Shown: positions 1 through 7,783 of the stretch, one piece after another | How positions within the stretch are numbered: the stretch's first letter is position 1 | How the letters are laid out: every line of letters starts with the position of its first letter | Origin: Candidatus Moraniibacteriota bacterium | GTDB taxonomy: Bacteria; Patescibacteriota; Minisyncoccia; Moranbacterales; UBA2206 | Assembly: GCA_049303795.1 (NCBI GenBank) | Contig: JBAQNM010000004.1 | Coordinates: 141,690-187,457 of the forward strand | Reading direction: 5' to 3' | DNA: 45,768 nucleotides | Position numbers and translations under genes: made by a program | The notes under the pieces: generated by a model | What the model was told of the DNA's origin: nothing | The model's input: only the letters and a program-made list of their open reading frames with translations | Database searches by the model: none

Positions 1-1212
1 TGTTGGCGTCTCTTCTGGAGTAGGAGTTGGCACCTCATCCAATTCAAAATTTGCTATTGCTGAAATATTTTCAGCAACATTATTATCAGTTCTGCTTTCA
101 GTTAAAACACCGTCATCCCAAGAAGTAAAATGATAACCAGCGTCCGGAACAGCCGTTACTTCTGTTCCATTAGTGCCATAGTCAACTGTTTGCGAAGAAT
201 CACCAGAAACAGTTCCGCCAGCACTAGCAGAATAGTTTAATGTATACGTATTGATCGCGAAACTAGCCTCGACTAAAATATCAGCGGATACATTTTCATC
301 AGTTCTGCTGGCAATGAGAACACCATCGTCCCAAGAAGTAAAATGATAACCGGTATCGGGAACGGCAGTTACTTCAGTGCCGTCTCCTCCTTCTGTTACA
401 ACTTGAGAAGAATCTCCAAAAATCGCTCCTCCAGCTCCAGCAGAATAATCTAGATTATAGGAGCTAATTGAGCCGTAATTAATATTGACATTATCAACAG
501 TTGGAAAGTTAGATCCGTCAGAAATAAGGATAGCGCGATATTGAAAATAGCGATCACCTGATTGATCAGAAAACATATCATCTATTGTTTCTCCGCCACT
601 TGGATCCGTAAACCAACTTTCTGTTTCACAGCCAGCGCTACCATCATCTGGCCCGCACCAACTACTCCAATCAGAATTATTAGGTGAAGTTCTAATTTGA
701 AAAGCTACATCAGAAGATCCTGGCCGAGATTCATCCCAGCTAATGTTGTAAACTATATTTTGAGAATCCTCAGAATCAAAAACAGAAGATTCTAAACTAG
801 AAGTATTGGCAGTTATGGAAACGTCATAAACTGTTGGTGTCACAGCTTGATCATCGGTGCCCAAAACTACTTTATACTGGACATATCTATTTCCATCTAA
901 AGGCGCTCCTAATGAATCGCCACTATTAGCAATTACTGACCAACCAGTCCAAGAACCATCAGGAATGGCTGTGTTTCCTGCTTGAACACTAAACACCAAT
1001 GAAGTGCTAGCTGGAATATCAGCTGTCCAACTCATCGTTCCATAATCAACAGCTGAATGATAGTTATCAAAAACTTGTGAAGTATAAGTACTTTCATATG
1101 TCGCGGCCAAAACTGATTGCGCACCAAAAATAAAAACGCTAAAGATTCCTAGTGTTAAAAGAATGAGAGTTGAAGCTAGTTTATTTTTGTTTTGCTTGAT
1201 TTTTTTTGTCAT
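1..1212 (-). CDS. Secreted surface protein, 3'-truncated by the window edge (signal peptide, beta-rich region, two tandem InlB-B-repeat / Listeria-Bacteroides-repeat-like modules, Pro-Thr linker)
   Basis: Absent from the ORF track because it runs off the window. ATG at 1212 on the minus strand, then 404 open codons to position 1. My translation starts MTKKIKQNKNKLASTLILLTLGIFSVFIFGAQSVLAATYES (signal peptide). It has two copies of GDSSQ.V..G..GTEVTAVPD(A/T)GYHFTSWDDGVL...RTD.NV and ends ...ELDEVPTPTPEETPT. Confidence 0.75.
   Translation of the reverse strand, partial: MTKKIKQNKNKLASTLILLTLGIFSVFIFGAQSVLAATYESTYTSQVFDNYHSAVDYGTMSWTADIPASTSLVFSVQAGNTAIPDGSWTGWSVIANSGDSLGAPLDGNRYVQYKVVLGTDDQAVTPTVYDVSITANTSSLESSVFDSEDSQNIVYNISWDESRPGSSDVAFQIRTSPNNSDWSSWCGPDDGSAGCETESWFTDPSGGETIDDMFSDQSGDRYFQYRAILISDGSNFPTVDNVNINYGSISSYNLDYSAGAGGAIFGDSSQVVTEGGDGTEVTAVPDTGYHFTSWDDGVLIASRTDENVSADILVEASFAINTYTLNYSASAGGTVSGDSSQTVDYGTNGTEVTAVPDAGYHFTSWDDGVLTESRTDNNVAENISAIANFELDEVPTPTPEETPT
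46..460 (-). repeat. Tandem coding duplication (about 210 nt period) encoding two B-repeat-like modules
   Basis: The DNA at about 60-240 and about 270-450 aligns by eye (e.g. ...tcatcccaagaagtaaaatgataaccagcgtccggaacagccgttacttc... vs ...tcgtcccaagaagtaaaatgataaccggtatcgggaacggcagttacttc...). Confidence 0.7.
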
Positions 1213-1286
1213 TTTATCTTATTTTAGCATATTCTTTCGCTTTTGGAAATTTTATTTAATAAATTTTTGATAAACTATTTTAATAG

Positions 1287-1376
1287 CTAGAAAACAACAA
1301 TTGAAATATTTACTCTTTGTTTAGTGCTGAAGAGTTTGTGTTTTAGATTGAGGATGTGGGGGTGGAGTTTTTTCAT
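1287..1376 (-). pseudogene. Orphan 5' remnant of the paralogous anchor module of genes 1407..3026 and 3065..4609
   Basis: The minus strand reads ATG AAA AAA CTC CAC CCC CAC ATC CTC AAT CTA AAA CAC AAA CTC TTC AGC ACT AAA CAA AGA GTA AAT ATT TCA ATT GTT GTT TTC TAG = MKKLHPHILNLKHKLFSTKQRVNISIVVF*. The first 21 codons are near-identical in DNA to the 5' ends at 3026 and 4609. The frame then decays and stops. Confidence 0.6.
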
Positions 1377-1406
1377 TTGTTTCTATTATATAAATACTAA
1401 AAAAAA

Positions 1407-3026
1407 TTAAAAATTTCTTATACAACGAACAGACATACCGCTAGGAAGAGTCCAATAAGTATCTTGGCCTGAGGAGTAACTAGAATTGTATATTGCACGT
1501 ATTGTAAGTGATGTAAAATTAGATCCTTGTGTTGTCGTCCACCAGCGACCATAGCTACCTCCTCCGTCAAAAGAATACACCCCACTAATGCTTCTTCTGC
1601 AACCTCCCGGCAAACCGGAGAAACCCGTTACATTCATTTTATCGGGATAGTCTGAATTACCCGGAGCTCCAACGCCAGTAGATGCTGTCCAATAATTGTT
1701 TGGCATAGACATTGATTTTGCAAGTTTATTTCCAGTTATTGTATCGTCATAATTATAGCCAGCAGAAATATAATAACTAAACATAGCTTCAAAATCTGAT
1801 TCGCTAGGAACGCTCCAACAAACAGGACAGATGCTGTTAGTTTTTACTGCGTGTCCAGAATATATTGCTCCATACACAGAACCGTATGTAGCATAATCAT
1901 TATTATACCAACTATAAGCAGCTCCGGCAGTACCCCACGCTACACCATCAGTTACGTAAGGTATCGATCCACCAGTATTGTATTTTGTAGTTTTCAAATT
2001 TTCTTTCATCCAACATTTTCCATTTATTGTTAAAACATTATATACATTCCCATCGATATCCGTTACAGTGCTTCCGCAGTCTGCTTGTAATGTAGTTGTT
2101 AAATTCATATTATCAGTTGATGCACAAACACCATTTGATATCGTCCAACGAAGAACATACACTCTAGGATTGGATGCTTTAAATGTAGTATTATAAAGAC
2201 TTGAATTTGTAAATACATTCCCAGAAACATTTCCGCTAACAATACTCCAATAACCCGTTCCTATTGTTGGATTATTGGCTGCTAAAACCACATCCGTCCA
2301 ACAGCTACCAGAAACTGATTGATCAGAACCAGCATTGGCTATAGTTGGATTTATATTAAATTTCACACTAACATCATCAATAGAGACTGGGCAAGATCCA
2401 TTGGAAATTGTCCAACGTAAAACATAGGTCGTCCCAGCTGTTCCGCTAAATGTTGTGTTCCTAAGATTTACATTGTCAAATGTTCCATTTTCTCCACTAA
2501 CAACGCTCCATGATCCAGTACCAACAACGGGAGCATTACCATTGAGCGTAACTGTAGTTAGCCCGCAAGTGGCTGCATTAACTTGATCTATTCCAGCGTT
2601 AGCAGTAGTAACAGGAATTTCACAAGTTGGGATATCCAGTTTCAATTCATCACTACTATTGATAATCGGATAAGTTCCGTTTGTGTTAGTGCCGGTTTGA
2701 AAATCTGAAGTTTCAGTGTTTAGAATTGTTGAGTTAGTTGAGCTTAGAGTAATTTGGTTATCAGCAGATATGTTATTTTTCTTACTAAAAAATTTAGTCC
2801 AACCCGTCTGATTATCTGCATGAGTTGCTCTGGTGCTAATATCAACATTACCACTCCAAGAACTTTGGAGCCAACCATAAGTAGCGCCTTTGGCGAAATG
2901 ATCATAAAGATAAGCTGTTCCTCCGCCGATTATGAGAAATATACAAATTGAAATAATGGCTCTTTGTTTAGTACTGAAGAGTTTGTGTTTTAGGTTGAGG
3001 ATGTGGGGGTGGATTTTTTTGAGCAT
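1407..3026 (-). CDS. Membrane-anchored surface protein with two beta-sandwich repeats and a C-terminal Fibrobacter-succinogenes-major-paralogous (FISUMP) lectin-like domain
   Basis: 539-aa ORF. N-terminal tail plus TM (STKQRAIISICIFLIIGGGTAYLY). Two repeats of about 80 aa (AG.DQ..C...L.GN.P..GTG.W..VSG...NTTF...YVLRWTISNG.C). C-terminal landmarks: DIDGNVYNVLTINGKCWMKENLK, ICPVCWSVPSESDFEAM, GFSGLPGGCRR, SVRCIRNF. Confidence 0.85.
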   Translation of the reverse strand: MLKKIHPHILNLKHKLFSTKQRAIISICIFLIIGGGTAYLYDHFAKGATYGWLQSSWSGNVDISTRATHADNQTGWTKFFSKKNNISADNQITLSSTNSTILNTETSDFQTGTNTNGTYPIINSSDELKLDIPTCEIPVTTANAGIDQVNAATCGLTTVTLNGNAPVVGTGSWSVVSGENGTFDNVNLRNTTFSGTAGTTYVLRWTISNGSCPVSIDDVSVKFNINPTIANAGSDQSVSGSCWTDVVLAANNPTIGTGYWSIVSGNVSGNVFTNSSLYNTTFKASNPRVYVLRWTISNGVCASTDNMNLTTTLQADCGSTVTDIDGNVYNVLTINGKCWMKENLKTTKYNTGGSIPYVTDGVAWGTAGAAYSWYNNDYATYGSVYGAIYSGHAVKTNSICPVCWSVPSESDFEAMFSYYISAGYNYDDTITGNKLAKSMSMPNNYWTASTGVGAPGNSDYPDKMNVTGFSGLPGGCRRSISGVYSFDGGGSYGRWWTTTQGSNFTSLTIRAIYNSSYSSGQDTYWTLPSGMSVRCIRNF

Positions 3027-3064
3027 TTTAGTATGTTAAATATCTCTAACTATAAATTAAGTGG

Positions 3065-4609
3065 TCAGTCTTTAATGCAACGCAAGGTGTAACCATTTGT
3101 CTTTTCCACACTGGTAAAGCCACAGCTTGAAGAAACAGCATGTAAAACATGTGCATACGTAGTGGGAGACCCAGCCGCCTGATTGGACCAATAATTCATA
3201 CTGCTACCTCGAAAATACAATGACCCATTGGTAGCATTTAGGACTCCGGCAGCGTGAAGTTTTAGTACGGAATCGTAGACAGAGATAAGACTGTTCCAAG
3301 CTCCATCAGTATCTGCATTAAGCCATTCTGTATAAGTAGGAATTCGCCAATTAGTTCCCAACAATATGGTACAGGGATCGTTAACCGAAAGCCAGTTACC
3401 TGATGCAGGCGCAGATGTAATCCAACTAGCTGGCGTTCGGGTTGTACCTTCATATTTATACCCCTGTTTACGATTAAATTGCCAGTACCAGCCAGAGGCA
3501 GCTTCAGTATTATCTGTAGCAGAAATAGCACTTGGACACGCACCTAAGTTTTGTGTTATCCAGCACTTACTAGCACCGGAAAGATTTGATAAGATAGTCC
3601 CGTAACTTACAGTCTTATTCACCGGAGCCACTCCATTTGTAGTTGCATGACTGACATTAAGCGGTAATCCACATGACCAGGTGTCAGTAGCCGTAGTTAT
3701 AGCAACTTCGTCAATAGAATCATTGCAAAGTGTAGAAATTGTCCAGCGCAATATTGCAGTGCCATTAGTCGATAATCCGGTTATTCCAGAAGTAGGAGAA
3801 CTTGGAGATGTAATAGTGGCAGTACCAGAAACTACTGTCCATAATCCCGTGCCTATACTTGGAGTATTTCCTGTCACTGAGGTTGCCGTTGCACTATCAT
3901 ATAAATATTGATCACAACCTGCATTCGCCACCGTTGGATTTCTATTAAAAGTTATCGTCACATCATCAGCGGAAGCAGTGCAGGGAGCGTTAGAAATAGT
4001 CCAACGCAGAACATAAGTTAGTCCTGCTGTTCCGGTAAAAGTTGTGTTTCGGAGATTGGCATTAGCAAATGTTCCACCAGCACCACTGACTTTGGTCCAT
4101 GAGCCTGTGCCAACTGTTGGTGCATTGCCATTAAGTGTGACTGTAGTTAGTCCACAAGTTGTCGTGCCGGTTTGATCAATTCCAGCATCAGCTATTGTGG
4201 TGTTGCAAGTTGGAACATCCAATTTCAATTCATTATTTGTATTAAGAATCGGATAAGTTCCATTAGTATTAGTTCCGGTTTGAAAGTTTTCTGTAGTTGA
4301 ATCTGTTTTTGTTAGGTTAGTTGAATTTAGAGTTATTTCAGTTTCAGCTGAAATATTATCATTCTTTGAAAAAAATTTATTCCAATTGTTTTGATTATTA
4401 GTATGATTAGCAGTTGATAGCGTATCAGCATTACCACTCCACGAACTTTGTAGCCAACCATAAGTAGCGCCTTTAGCAAAATGATCGTAGATGTATGCTA
4501 TCCCTGCACCGATTATGAGAAATATACAAATTGAAATAATGGCTCTTTGTTTAGTACTGAAGAGTTTGTGTTTTAGTTTGGTGATGTGGGGGTGAAGTTT
4601 TTCGAACAT
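3065..4609 (-). CDS. Paralogous membrane-anchored surface protein, same N-terminal module and repeats, divergent lectin-like C-terminal domain
   Basis: 514-aa ORF. The first ~230 aa are paralogous to 1407..3026 (MFEKLHPHITKLKHKLFSTKQRAIISICIFLIIGAG...). The C-terminus keeps CWITQNLGA, WRIPTYTEWLN, LHAAGV, YWSN and GYTLRCIKD but is otherwise different. Confidence 0.8.
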   Translation of the reverse strand: MFEKLHPHITKLKHKLFSTKQRAIISICIFLIIGAGIAYIYDHFAKGATYGWLQSSWSGNADTLSTANHTNNQNNWNKFFSKNDNISAETEITLNSTNLTKTDSTTENFQTGTNTNGTYPILNTNNELKLDVPTCNTTIADAGIDQTGTTTCGLTTVTLNGNAPTVGTGSWTKVSGAGGTFANANLRNTTFTGTAGLTYVLRWTISNAPCTASADDVTITFNRNPTVANAGCDQYLYDSATATSVTGNTPSIGTGLWTVVSGTATITSPSSPTSGITGLSTNGTAILRWTISTLCNDSIDEVAITTATDTWSCGLPLNVSHATTNGVAPVNKTVSYGTILSNLSGASKCWITQNLGACPSAISATDNTEAASGWYWQFNRKQGYKYEGTTRTPASWITSAPASGNWLSVNDPCTILLGTNWRIPTYTEWLNADTDGAWNSLISVYDSVLKLHAAGVLNATNGSLYFRGSSMNYWSNQAAGSPTTYAHVLHAVSSSCGFTSVEKTNGYTLRCIKD

Positions 4610-4632
4610 TTTGTTTTTAATCTATATGTATT

Positions 4633-4641
4633 ATTATAGCA
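4633..4641 (-). promoter_or_regulatory. Extended -10 element TGCTATAAT upstream of the paralog pair
   Basis: The minus strand reads ...gtattgtttttttgTGcTATAATaatacatatagattaaaaacaaaATG (ATG at 4609). Only 38 nt separate the two paralogs, so co-transcription is plausible. Confidence 0.5.
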
Positions 4642-4802
4642 CAAAAAAACAATACCTTTAAATTTTTTTAAGCTTATGATAAATTAAAATAAGAGCTAGC
4701 AAAGTTTAGGGTAAACGTTCTTTAAAAATATAAATTTATTATTGACTAAGATTGATATATTCCAATTAATTTAGAAACTCATGAATTCACGGAGGCCTTA
4801 TC

Positions 4803-5543
4803 ATGCTGAATGGAAACTGCGACGATCGAAGAAAACAAGAAGAACTGATAGAGAAGTACAATAAGCTTGTCCGGTCAATTAGGGATGGCTATGTCCTTTA
4901 CGATGTAATTTACGATAAAAGTGGCCGACCTATTGATTGTGAAATAGCTGAATGCAATTTGGCTTTTGAAAAAATCATTGGCATAACCTTGAAAGAACTC
5001 TATTTGAAGAAAGTATCTCTCGGATAATTGATGGATGTCAGATTAATTTTAGTCATTTTTCCAAAAAAAATAAAGAGATGGCTTGAAATAAAAGCTTATT
5101 CTTTGGAAAAAACACAGCTTATCACGCTTGTTGTTGATGTTACCGATCAAAAACGCGCTGAAAAAGAGCGTCAAAGAATCAATCGAGCTGAGTCTGTAGA
5201 AATTTTGATAGGCGGAATCGCACATGACTACTTCAACCTATTATCAAGCATAATAGGTTATGCCCAATTAGCCTCGGATGATGCGGATGAAAAACAAAAA
5301 CTGTACATCCAAGAAATACTCAACAGTGCTAACAGGGCAACCAGTATCACGCAACGACTCGTACTCATTTCAAAACCTCAACCACCTTCTTTGCAGATAG
5401 TGTCTTTAGGGGAATTAATAGATAGAGAGACTAGATCTCTTCTTGGTCTGCGAACCCCACGTTCAGAATGCGATAACAAGCTACCTCCAAATCTATGGAA
5501 GATACAAGCGGACTATGAAAGAATTGCTCTCATGGACTATTAA
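4803..5543 (+). pseudogene. Decayed PAS / HisKA sensor histidine kinase (in-frame stop, shortened PAS core, no ATPase domain)
   Basis: ORFs 4803..5027 and 5028..5543 share a frame and are split only by TAA at 5025-5027. GGAGG lies 7 nt upstream of ATG 4803. PAS-like GYVLYDVIYDKSGRPIDCEIAECNLAFEKIIGITLKEL and RWLEIKAYSLEKTQLITLVVDVTDQKRAEKE are present, as is the H-box LIGGIAHDYFNLLSSIIGYAQLA. No N/G1/G2 boxes follow, and the frame closes just after WKIQADYERIA. Confidence 0.65.
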
Positions 5544-5568
5544 ATCAAATGGGGCTATAATATTAGTT

Positions 5569-6039
5569 ATGGAAAATAATCATTCTAAAAAAGAAACTCG
5601 GCTAGAAAAAATAGCGCTACACTTGACTAATAGTATTGGATCACCTATCTCAATTATTGTTCATTCATTTTTTTTCGTGGGAATTTTTTCCCTTGAGTTG
5701 TTTGGTTTCAGTTTTGATAAAATTATGCTCATCCTCACAACCGTTGTTTCGCTTGAAGCAATTTATTTAGCAATATTTATTCAAATGACTGTTAACCGCC
5801 ACGCTCAAGAGTTATCTGAAATTAGTGAAGATGTGGAAGATATTAGCGAAGATGTAGAAGAAATTTCTAAGGATATTGATGACATTCAAGAAGATGTGGA
5901 AGATCTTGGAGAAGAAATGGAGAAAGATGATAAAGAAACAAAAATAAAACGCCAACACAATCAGGATAAAATTCTTCACATTGAAAGTATTCTCAAAGAG
6001 CTTCTTCTTGAGGTTCGCGAACTTAAAGATAAAAAATAA
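5569..6039 (+). CDS. DUF1003-like two-TM membrane protein with acidic heptad-repeat tail
   Basis: Frame of ORF 5443..6039. I place the start at ATG 5569 (MENNHSKKETRLEKIA...), with ATG 5515 as an alternative. LTTVVSLEAIYLAIFIQMTVNRHAQE resembles the DUF1003 signature. The tail reads EISEDVEDISEDVEEISKDIDDIQEDVEDLGEE. Confidence 0.7.
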   Translation: MENNHSKKETRLEKIALHLTNSIGSPISIIVHSFFFVGIFSLELFGFSFDKIMLILTTVVSLEAIYLAIFIQMTVNRHAQELSEISEDVEDISEDVEEISKDIDDIQEDVEDLGEEMEKDDKETKIKRQHNQDKILHIESILKELLLEVRELKDKK

Positions 6040-6042
6040 AGT

Positions 6043-6243
6043 CTATTTTTTATCTTTCGTGTTAATGCCCATTATTTTATATATGTGGCAATATCCTGTA
6101 AGTGCAGTAATAATAGCAACTATTCCCAGAACATATCCAATAGCAGCCATCCAGCCAGAAAATTTTAAATAAGTTAAATAAACTAATACGATTCCAATAG
6201 CTAACCTCACTAGGCGATCAATAATACCTTCGTTTTGTTGCAT
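6043..6243 (-). CDS. DUF2892 / YgaP-like small membrane protein
   Basis: 66 aa. NEGIIDRLVRLAIGIVLV...TALTGYCHIYKIMGINT matches the DUF2892 pattern (N..DR..R...G ... tG.C..Y..lGinT). Confidence 0.8.
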   Translation of the reverse strand: MQQNEGIIDRLVRLAIGIVLVYLTYLKFSGWMAAIGYVLGIVAIITALTGYCHIYKIMGINTKDKK

Positions 6244-6286
6244 ATTTTTTATTTTTAAATAATTATCTTACTTTATTGCAATTCTC

Positions 6287-6313
6287 AAGAATTGATTTTA
6301 GAAATCAATTCTT
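6287..6313. other. Perfect 12-bp inverted repeat with a 3-nt loop, overlapping the stop codon of 6305..7765
   Basis: aagaattgattt-tag-aaatcaattctt. No U-tract follows on the minus strand, so it is not a canonical terminator. Confidence 0.4.
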
Positions 6314-7765
6314 CATTTTTTCTAACTCGCCCAATGCTCTTTCTGCCATCTCCTTCGCCCCTCCAAAACTTTCCGCTTCATAATACACTCGAAGTTCTGG
6401 AGAATTACCTGATGGACGCACATGAATTATTTCTCCATTCGCTAAAAACATTCTAGCTCCGTCAGTAAAATCAAACCTGGAAATTTTGACAGGAAGATTA
6501 AATATTTTTTCTGCTATCTTCTTGGCATTCTCATCTTTTTTTGAAATTTTCTCTAATATTTTTAAACTTTTTTCTGTTGGAAAACCCTTAATGCTTTGGC
6601 TATAAACAAACCTTTGCGGAAAAATTTTCACTAACTCAGATAGGGATTTATTTTTTTCTTTAGCAAAAGCTAAAGCACAAATAACAGGTAACATTGCATC
6701 TCGCGTGGGTAGAGAAAAAAGCTTGCGTTTATTTATTTCCAAAACACTTCCCGTTAAAAATCCTCCATTTGCCTCAAAAGAAACAACTTTTTTATATTTC
6801 TTTTTAATGTCAGAATTCATGGCCTCAATAATATAAGGCGAACCAATTTTTGTTCGATTTATTTTTTTGAACTTCCCAGTTTTTTCAAGAACCGTGTTCG
6901 AGCTAGCAGTCACGGAAACCGAATCCGCTTTTAGATATGTAGCGACAATAACCCCTAGAAAATCACCCCGAATAAACTCGCCGTTCTCATCAAATAAAAT
7001 CGGCCGATCACCATCGCCATCAGCTGAAATGACCGCATCAGCTTTGTATTTTTTTACCCACACTTCAGCATTTGCGATATCAACCTCTGCCATTGCTTCC
7101 GTATCAATGGGAATGAATTTTTCGGAACGTCCGACTGACACAACTTTAGCGCCAAGTTTTTTTAGAATTTCCACCATAATATCCCGCACCACCGAAGAAT
7201 GTTGAAAAACAACAATCATTTTCCCTTGCAAAAAGTTCTTTTCGAAAAAATCAACATATCTTTTGATGTATTCGATTTCTGCATTTTTGATTATTCTTGG
7301 AAGTTTAATTTTCTTTTTTATTTTTCCCGCCTTATCAAATAAATTATCATGTACTCCGCTGGCAGAAATTTTTTGATAATATTTTGTTATATTTTTTTCA
7401 TCTCTTTTCAGCACCTCTCCTTGAGGCAAATTAAATTTTATTCCATTTCTATCATATGGAATATAACTTCCTGTCACCATAAGACTTGGGATTTTTCTCT
7501 GGAAAGAATAAAAGGAAACTGCTGGTGTCGGAATAATTCCGCAATAATCAGACTTAAAACCAACGTCTTCAATGGCCATCATACAGGCTTTCAAAATTCT
7601 TGTAGTGCTTGGACGAAAATCTCCAGCAATCGCAACTGTACCGCCTTTCTTAATCAGCTTCAAGGAGTTTAGGTGTTCCAAAAAAGCTCTGGTGTATAAA
7701 TAACATTCTTGGTCAGTGAGTTCTTCAACCAGGCCCCGCAAACCACTTGTGCCAAATTTTAACAT
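6305..7765 (-). CDS. Alpha-D-phosphohexomutase family protein (phosphomannomutase/phosphoglucomutase-like)
   Basis: 486 aa. Landmarks: FGTSGLRG, Ser loop MVTGSYIPYDRNGIKF, metal loop ADGDGDRP, sugar loop FEANGG, phosphate loop RPSGNSPELRVYYEA. Confidence 0.85.
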   Translation of the reverse strand: MLKFGTSGLRGLVEELTDQECYLYTRAFLEHLNSLKLIKKGGTVAIAGDFRPSTTRILKACMMAIEDVGFKSDYCGIIPTPAVSFYSFQRKIPSLMVTGSYIPYDRNGIKFNLPQGEVLKRDEKNITKYYQKISASGVHDNLFDKAGKIKKKIKLPRIIKNAEIEYIKRYVDFFEKNFLQGKMIVVFQHSSVVRDIMVEILKKLGAKVVSVGRSEKFIPIDTEAMAEVDIANAEVWVKKYKADAVISADGDGDRPILFDENGEFIRGDFLGVIVATYLKADSVSVTASSNTVLEKTGKFKKINRTKIGSPYIIEAMNSDIKKKYKKVVSFEANGGFLTGSVLEINKRKLFSLPTRDAMLPVICALAFAKEKNKSLSELVKIFPQRFVYSQSIKGFPTEKSLKILEKISKKDENAKKIAEKIFNLPVKISRFDFTDGARMFLANGEIIHVRPSGNSPELRVYYEAESFGGAKEMAERALGELEKMKN

Positions 7766-7783
7766 CTTATTCTTCTTATTTGA

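Noticed and set aside
3009-3020. A5-A7 homopolymer right after the ATG of each paralog, considered as a phase-variation switch
   Set aside because: The tracts are short for efficient slipped-strand mispairing and encode conserved Lys residues. I mention it only as context in the paralog finding.
5025-5027. In-frame TAA considered as stop-codon recoding or an alternative genetic code
   Set aside because: TAA terminates many well-supported genes in the window, for example 5569..6039. The surrounding PAS domain is also internally shortened and the ATPase domain is missing, so pseudogenisation explains it better.
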